A stretch of DNA of 64,000 nucleotides from Macrostomum lignano (lineage: Eukaryota), in the NCBI GenBank assembly GCA_002269645.1, contig NIVC01002184.1, positions 131,106 to 195,105 on the forward strand, written 5' to 3'. Within the stretch, counting starts at the first letter, position 1; each line of letters begins with the position of its first letter. Positions 44,181 to 64,000 of this stretch are shown here, in pieces. The position numbers and the translations under genes were made by a program. The notes under the pieces were generated by a model. That model worked only from the letters and a program-made list of their open reading frames with translations. It searched no databases and was not told where the DNA came from.

Positions 44181-45422
44181 CTACTTCGCCGCAGCGTGCG
44201 TCAGGGCCGCCCTCGTCGCCCCTCCTCTGCCAGCCGCGGCGCCGCCGTTGCCCCGGCAGAAGATGCGCCGCAGGTCGTCTCTGAAGTTGGCGTTCATGAA
44301 GCAGTAGATGATGGGGTTGGTGGCGTGCGCCATGTAGTACAGGTAGAAGATCAGCAGGCTGAAGGGCGCCAGGCCGACGATCATGAGGGCGGCCGGGACA
44401 AAAGTGCAGGCGAACACGACGGCCACGACGAACAGCATAGCGGCGGTCTTCAGGTTCTGCATCGCGTCGCTGTCCCGCGACGGCAGCACCGAGCGGCGTC
44501 GCTTTTTCATCGGCAAGTGCTCCTGCTGCTCATGCTGCTGCTGCTCGCTGTGGTGGCCGTGGGCGTCGGCTTCTTCGTCTGGAGCCACCTCAACGTGATC
44601 GGCTGCTGGGCTGGCCGCGGTCGGAGCCGCCTCGTCTCCGGGCGTTGAGCGCCGCGGGTTGAGCCGCTGCTGGCCTTTGAGCTCGCGGCGTTTGCGCCGC
44701 ATGGCCAGCACGGAGCGGTAGATGCAGACGTAGAGCGCTACGACCAGCGAGATGCAGATGCCGAACAGGGACACGTGCACCCGCTGGAATACGTGGAAGA
44801 AGGCCAAGCTGGCGTCGGAGACGTGCAGAGCGCTGGAGTTCAGCTTCTTGATGTCGTTGATCTCCTTGCACTGGCCCTGGCTGGCGTACTGCCAGGTGCC
44901 GTTCGGGCCGGACTGGGCCACCACGCCGCTGCAGAAGGCAGCTGTGGTGACGCCGAGGGCCAGAGCCAGGCCGCCCAGGCTGAGCACAATTGCTCGAGCT
45001 CTGGGCAGGGTGATGGCGCGCAAGAAGGGCCGGCAGATGCAGAAGTACCGATCAACTGCGATGGCCGACATCAGCATGCAGCTGAACGGGATGCCGCTGG
45101 CGTTCACCAGGTAGTAGAGCTTGCAGACGATCAGGTGAGTTCGGAAGTCCACCAGCTCCATGAATAGCGTCATGGGAATCACCAGGGTGCAGGCGATCAT
45201 GTCGGAAGCGGCCAGGGACAGGATGAAGATGTTGGCCGTCTGTTTGTCCTTCTTCTGCGAGTAGACGTAGAGCACCACCGAGTTGCCGATGGAGCCGATG
45301 ATGCTGATTGTCACCAGCTCGGCGTAGGAGATCAGCCGGATGGTGCGGCTGATCTCGCCAGCTTCGAGCTCTGCGTCCGTTGGGGTGCTCGTCGAAATGA
45401 TATCAGCCACCGTTGTGTCCAT
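44181..45422 (-). CDS. Rhodopsin-family (class A) GPCR, peptide-receptor-like, intronless
   Basis: TM1 IIGSIGNSVV, TM2 LSLAASD, TM3 IAVDRYFCICRP, TM7 ATNPIIY, long basic/acidic ICL3. Start taken at ATG 45422 (MDTT); an upstream in-frame ATG exists at 45494. Confidence 0.93.
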   Translation of the reverse strand: MDTTVADIISTSTPTDAELEAGEISRTIRLISYAELVTISIIGSIGNSVVLYVYSQKKDKQTANIFILSLAASDMIACTLVIPMTLFMELVDFRTHLIVCKLYYLVNASGIPFSCMLMSAIAVDRYFCICRPFLRAITLPRARAIVLSLGGLALALGVTTAAFCSGVVAQSGPNGTWQYASQGQCKEINDIKKLNSSALHVSDASLAFFHVFQRVHVSLFGICISLVVALYVCIYRSVLAMRRKRRELKGQQRLNPRRSTPGDEAAPTAASPAADHVEVAPDEEADAHGHHSEQQQHEQQEHLPMKKRRRSVLPSRDSDAMQNLKTAAMLFVVAVVFACTFVPAALMIVGLAPFSLLIFYLYYMAHATNPIIYCFMNANFRDDLRRIFCRGNGGAAAGRGGATRAALTHAAAK

Positions 45423-46819
45423 GTTTACGGTGCTGACAGGAGTCTGGCAATGTCTTCTGAAATGGTTTGCGGTGGAATGATTTATTTTAAGCATAGGTGT
45501 GACAGGCGGTGCTGGATTCAATTCTAGGACCCCCACCAAGCTAGCGTAGGTGTGACAGGCGGTGCTAGATTGAGTTCTTGGGCGTTAATTGAGCCCATAG
45601 GACGCCACGTTTGTACGCGTTCAGTCATGGCATCCAGTTGGTTACCATGGCAACAAAAATATTTACATCTGGATTATAGGTGGATTGTAAGCAAAAGCGG
45701 TCTAATAGTGAGTGAGCACTAAAAAATTCCACTGCAGGCAGGCAGTCTCTATCAGATTTCGCTGTATCAAAAAGCGCCTCAGACGCTGAGATGCGGACAG
45801 AAGAATCTGGGCCTTCGCGAGTCACTTCATTAGCCGATGCCGCAGAGCCATCATTCGATTTTGAGCAGGACAAATTTCCAACGTGCCGGGACTGCATCAT
45901 ATTTCGCTGCTGAGATGGCGGGCCTTCCGTCAGCAACCCCCGGCCCCTGATTTGATTATGCCAAGGATAAACATCTCTGCGTGCGCTTCACTCGCAGTCG
46001 TGGCAGAATTTTAAACAGCAGCACCCAGCAGCACATTGCCCGGCCTTCATAAACTTCACTGCCGCGGGAACAATCCATCAAACTTCAATGACATCCAGCG
46101 GGTCAAGTAGAAAATTGGTGAGAGAGCCAATTTTAGGAAAGAACTCGCCAGCACAGGGGGCAGCCGAGGGTGACAACTTCAAAGCCGAGACCGAGGATGC
46201 GGCAAGAAGCCATGCGGATGTCACATTGACTCCCACGTCCTCTGCCCTCTTCGCACCCTCCTCCCCCCTCCATTGTCGGTGACGAACTGTGCCATCCCCA
46301 TCAGCTGGCTGGGACTCAAAGTTAGCCGTTGACTCTGCTAGTTGCCATGCGAAGTGATTTTTCCCAGCAGGCCGGCCCTCCTTCCCTGGTTACACGCTGG
46401 CCCTTCGCGGCAGTGGGATGCCGACTTAGCGGGGATAAATTATTAATTCCCACCAGCAGACTGAGCCCCAGTCTGAGGCCCCGCAACTAAGAATGCCATT
46501 ACGTGGCGCCAATGCTCCTCTTATTTCTCAAAACTTCATCCAGCAGTCAGCCAGCCTGAGAAGCGGCCCTGTCAATCTGCCGCAAGTGAAAGCGGAGCCC
46601 CCAGCCGGCTTACTGGGCTAACTGGCGGCCTGCAGCAGGCTTTGTTCACTTTTGTCTTCTTCTCCTGGACTGAGACAGCAAATCCAAGTGGCTGCCTTCT
46701 TGTCAGGCCTGTCAGTCACCCGGCTGATGTCCTGTCTGTAGCCTGCGTCTTGGACCACTTTGATTGTCCATTGTTCTCTGCACCGGGACCACCGCAAACC
46801 CTTGCTTCAGTCCCTCATG

Positions 46820-47150
46820 TGGGTCCCTCCGTCTCATCTCCTCTCTCCCTCCTTCTCACATTCTGTCTCCCTCCGTCTCACCCTCTCTCTCCCTCCGTCT
46901 CACCCTCTCTCTCCCTCCGTCTAACCCTCTCTCTCCCTCCGTCTCACCCTCTCTCCCCCTCCTTTTCACCTTCTCTCTCTTACCTATTTCCCTTCGTCTA
47001 ACCCTCTCCCCGTTTCACCCTCTCCCTGTCTAACCCTCTCCCCGTCTCACCCTCTCCCCGTCTCACCCTCTCCCCGTCTCACCCTCTCCCCGCCTCACCC
47101 TCTCCCCGCCTCACCCTCTCCCCGTCTCACCCTCTCCCCCGTTTCACCCC
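46820..47150. repeat. Pyrimidine-rich short-unit minisatellite (ccgtctcaccctctc[tc]c)
   Basis: Directly visible 16-21-bp units. Confidence 0.85.
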
Positions 47151-47694
47151 CCTTTGTGTCACCATGTCTCCCTCTGTCCTGACCACTTCGCTACCTCACC
47201 ACCTGCTGCTATCCAACTCATTCAATTCTCATATCGGCAAGCATCAAAGACTTCAGAAATAATTAATGGGTAGCATAAATTCAGCTGCTGGGCCCTCAAA
47301 AAGTCCGTCAGGATCCACAGCCGACTCACTCCAGCGTCCAGCCAAAGTTATAATTGTTCCGGACCGTCTTTGATTGTAAATCAAACAGAGAATAAAATAT
47401 GGATAAGTCCCTCACGGTGGTTGCTAGGTACAGAAAAAGTCCCTCCGGCCGGACTCTAAACCCATCTAGGACACAGCCTTGAGTAGAAAAGCTCAGACTG
47501 CTTAACTCACGCCTCACTCCTTCGCCCAACCCTTTACCCCCGTATCCCCCATTTTATAATAGAGTTTGGGGCGGGCGCCCTGCTCTGGGTTAATTATCAA
47601 TTCTAGATCTGACTGGACCAAGCAGCTGGCGGCCCTGTGTGACAATGGTGCTTAGTTGATTAATTGGTAGGCTGATTAAGATACATGGAAAGGA

Positions 47695-47862
47695 GCGCAC
47701 TGATTTAAGAGCGCACTGATGTGAGGGCGCACTGATGTGTAAGCGCGCAATGATGTAAGCGCGCACTGATGTGTAAGCGCGCACTGATATAAGCGGGCAC
47801 TGATGTGTAAGCGCGCACTGATGTAAGCGCGAACTGCATGATGTAAGCGAGCACTGATGTAA
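47695..47862. repeat. Degenerate 16-18-bp repeat (gcgcactgatg[tg]taagc)
   Basis: Directly visible. Confidence 0.8.
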
Positions 47863-48984
47863 GCAGGCTTTAATGTAGCCGTGACATAGCAGGGTTGCAC
47901 AAAGCCGTGTTCAAGTGCGCCAGATCTCCCAAGCCCTGCTGCATGCTGTCAGTATAAAATAGCTTTACTTTAGCAAAAATTTTCTTTAGACAATTATTGA
48001 CCCTCGCTGCTATGTCACTGTCAGCCTCTCTCACCTTTTCAATCTAATGGATTGCTCAGCTCAATACTAATAAAATTATACATTAATCCCCTAGGCTGGT
48101 TTCCCAGCCTCTCCGCTCCATCTTCAGCCAGCCAGTATAAAGGGCATTATAAAATAAGGAGGCCAGCTCGGGTCGGCCTCAAATTGAGATTTGAAGTGCG
48201 CAGGCCTGGCAGCCTCTCCTTCACGGGGGCCTGCAAGATTTCGGCGTGCAGAGGCGGCAGCGCTGGCAGAAGCCAATCTTAATGAGCCACTTATCGCCCC
48301 CCCCCCCGAAAAAACGGCCCTCATCAACGGGGGCGGCTGTGAGAGCTCTCGGCCGGAACAGCTCTGAGATTTGGGGCCGCGCCAGTCGGCCTTATTCTTG
48401 AGCTCCAGAGACTTTGCTGTCAGTGTCAACAAGCCCCAACCCGGGCAGTACTTTTTACTTCGGCAGTCATAAAACTCCCAGTGATCTATTGATTGGCCAA
48501 TCGGTTCCTCTATATAGGCCGATCTCGGCCCCTCATCTGCACAGACAGCAAGGGGGGCATCTCTCGCAGGTGGCATGTTTCCTAGAAATGCGCGGCGGGG
48601 GCGGGGAGGGGTGAGAGATTTAATGCTCGCTTGGGAGCAGGGTGAGCTGCTGCATTTTATCCGCAGTTGGGTTGTAAATTTCACGCTAAATTGCCCCGGG
48701 GGGGGGGGCAAGGCCCCCTCGCCTCTTCCTTCCTCCCCGCCCCTGTCAGCTGCACTTGGGACTCAAAGAAACTGAAAGCAAAAATGCAGGAAATTTGCAT
48801 AATGAGGGCAAGCCAGGAAGCCTGGAGGAAGCGCTTTTTGCGGTACCGAGATGAAAAATGACAAAACAGAATCTTGGGAGAGAGGGGAAAGAGTTTTACG
48901 ACAAAATGGCAACTTATAGACAATGCTGGATAGAGACAGGTTGCTTTACAGTGCAGTAAAAGTTTAAATGAGCGACTGAGAGAC

Positions 48985-49445
48985 TGAGTTCACGGGTTTC
49001 TGACTTCGTGAGCTTATGAGCGAGTTCATGAGCGAGTTCATGAGCGATTTCATACTCGTACGAGAACTCATGATACAGTTGATGAGGGAGTTCATGAGGG
49101 ATTAATTCACGTGAAATTTCAAGAGCAAGTTCACGAATAAAGTTCACGAAGGAAGTTCACGAGGGAGTTCATGAGCTCATACGAGAATTCTTTATTATGG
49201 AGCTCATGAGTGAGTTCCCGTGAGAGTTCACGAGGGTGTTCATGTGAAAGTTCATGAGGGAGTTCACGAGAGATTTTACGTGAAAGTTCACGAGGGAGTT
49301 CATGAATGAGTTCATACGAGAATTCATTAGGGAGTTCATGAGGGACTTCATGAGGGAGTTCATGAGTTCATGGGAGAATTCATTAGGGAGTTCATGAGTT
49401 CATTAGGGAATTCATTAGGGAGTTCATACGGGAGTTCATGAGTGA
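48985..49445. repeat. Degenerate 12-bp repeat (gagttca[t/c]gagg)
   Basis: Directly visible; gives the MNSLMNS ORFs on the minus strand. Confidence 0.8.
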
Positions 49446-50484
49446 TCTCATTAGAGAAGCAGAAAGCCGGCAGTAAAGACGGGCAAGCGCAGTTCAGCAG
49501 TGGGGGATCAAAGGAGCCGGGGCCATTTTGGGGCGGCATTTTAATCCCCGATCCCAAAGCGGCGGAAGCGGCCCCGAATGCTTGTTTATATTCCGCCCCC
49601 CCTCTCTCCCTTCGGGCGGTCGGAGCCATTGAGCTTCGGAATAAATTCTGCAGGAATTAAGCATGCGCCAGGAAGCAACGGTTCGAGCTGAATTTTTGTC
49701 TGAGAAAACTAAAAAACTTACTGAAAAGACAGAAGTGCAGAAGGGAAGCAAACTTATCCAGCTCAAATTTGCTTTGCCGGGGTCTCCAGTGAGCCTTTTC
49801 TGCCAACTCGCTTTCAACTTAACTGCTCTGATCTTTCCGCTCAGGCGGAGTTGACTCTCTGGTAGACAGTGCCCCCCCCCCCCCAGGGGATCTGGAGGTT
49901 GAGTTAGTGCTGGGCTAGGGTTAGGGTTAGGGCTATGGTTAGGGTCAGCTAGGAAACACCAGGTATCGGATCAATCAGTTCTTCTTCGTGTAGCCTGCTG
50001 CGTCAGAGAGATATTAAATTGAAGCGATAGAGACAGATACTCAGCTGCTCACTTTGCTCTGCCAGAATTTACTCAAGGCGTGTTGACAGATCAATTTTAC
50101 CTGTCAGTCGGTTCTGTCGGCTTCGAGAACTTCGAATCCAGCAGCAATGATTGACGATCTCGGTCGGGGACCTGGCAGGCGGCACGCCCAGAACTGGTCG
50201 GAGCGAGCGGTCAGGTCAGCTTCTGCCGGGCATCCGCGCCCCTCTGATGCCCGGCTGTTTCATTGAAAAGTGCCCGGGCCAGCGCCAAGAGCTGCCATTG
50301 GTCCGCTGCCACTGAACCAATGGGATTCAGTTGAGTGAGCGAAGCCTGTCCTGACTAACTAGGAGACCCCTTTGGAGATTTTATCTGATGTTGTGATGAC
50401 TCACTCATCTCCATGAACCCACTGACTCAAGCTGATCCACTGGACCTCCACTGTTTCACAATGACTCTCACGAATATCCATTGA

Positions 50485-50690
50485 CCTCCACTGACTCCTA
50501 CTGACTCCCACTGACTCCCACTGACTCCCACTGAATCCCACGGACTCCCACTGACTCCCACTGACTCCCACTGACTCCCACTGACTCCCACAGACTCCCA
50601 CAGACTCCCACAGACTCCCACTGACTCCCACTGACTCCCAATGACTCCCACTGACTCCCATTGACTCCCATTGACTCCCACTGACTCCCA
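50485..50690. repeat. 10-bp satellite (ctgactccca)
   Basis: Directly visible. Confidence 0.95.
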
Positions 50691-51096
50691 GCTCTGCAGA
50701 CCGCCCGCTCCGACTAATATTGGCATGCCGCCTCCCAAGGGTCCCGGGGTCTTCAGTCATTCTCTAAAGAGTCGAAGTTCCCGGATCCGACAGAACCTGC
50801 TGACATATAAAATTAATTTGTTAACAGGCGTTGAGCAAATTCTGGCAGAGCAAAGTGAGCAGCATGTGTCTCTCTCCATCGCTCCTTGATTTCCTCCTAT
50901 GCAAGCGATAAAAGTAAAAAGTTAAGAAAACATTTTTTGCTTCTGCGAAGCAGACAGAAAATTTGATTGAGTTGACAAGAAGTTGCTAAATTTTTTCGCT
51001 CTGACTGGAAATCAAAAAAATAGCAGAGTTGTGCAACGCTACAGAGTTTCTTGTCCGACACCAAAGTTGCACAGAGCCCATATTGTTAGCTTGTCA

Positions 51097-63563
<12,467 letters not shown>

Positions 63564-63595
63564 CTGGAAGAGACATGTTACTCTTGGAGAAAGGC

Positions 63596-63632
<37 letters not shown>

Positions 63633-63714
63633 CTAAAACAGACAGACAGACACTAAGACAGACAGACAGACACTAAGACAGACAGACAGACAGACAGACA
63701 CTAAGCAGACACTA

Positions 63715-63753
<39 letters not shown>

Positions 63754-63770
63754 GACAGACAGACGGACAG

Positions 63771-63803
<33 letters not shown>

Positions 63804-63844
63804 AGACAGACAGAGACACATACAGACAACAGACAGACAGACAG

Positions 63845-63880
<36 letters not shown>

Positions 63881-64000
63881 CTAAGACAGAACAGACAGAC
63901 GGACAGAAAGACAGACAGACACTAAGACACTAAGACACAAAGACACTGAGACACTAAACACTGAGACACTGAGACACTGAGACACAAATACACTAAGACA
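63596..64000. repeat. (GACA)n and derived cactaaga-type repeats
   Basis: Directly visible, upstream of W1 acceptor. Confidence 0.95.

Noticed and set aside
44196-45167. Plus-strand ORFs over the GPCR (and similar ones over SAXO, LamG, Kelch and WSC exons)
   Set aside because: Antisense or alternate-frame shadows caused by high GC3 codon usage.

Overview
Animal genomic DNA: GT-AG introns, GC-rich exons, AT-rich spacers and a different tandem repeat in many introns. This pattern resembles Macrostomum-type flatworms (inference, not provable here). I reconstructed spliced genes by hand. They are: the 3' end of an ABCA transporter (+); an intronless short SAXO/FAM154-like gene (+); a small signal-peptide, single-TM orphan with a KR|Q cleavage site (+); a Ser/Ala-rich orphan (+); an intronless secreted PAN-like + LamG-like gene (-); two divergent paralogous BTB-BACK-Kelch genes (+), each preceded by a relic fragment of itself; a non-NMDA-type ionotropic glutamate receptor (-) that appears to lack an S1 ligand-binding exon; a 5'-truncated RNase H-bearing LINE with a 12-bp TSD and (GAA)n tail in a Kelch intron; an intronless rhodopsin-family GPCR (-); and a large gene (-, 5' end beyond the window) with at least 12 WSC domains. 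Each WSC domain sits on its own phase-1 exon, and the domains form a 4-domain super-repeat x3. About 30 satellite arrays, a ~470-bp foldback element and an interstitial telomere-like array are also present. Most long ORFs in the supplied track are repeat translations or antisense shadows. Several single-base frameshifts may be consensus errors. No rRNA, tRNA or CRISPR is supported.
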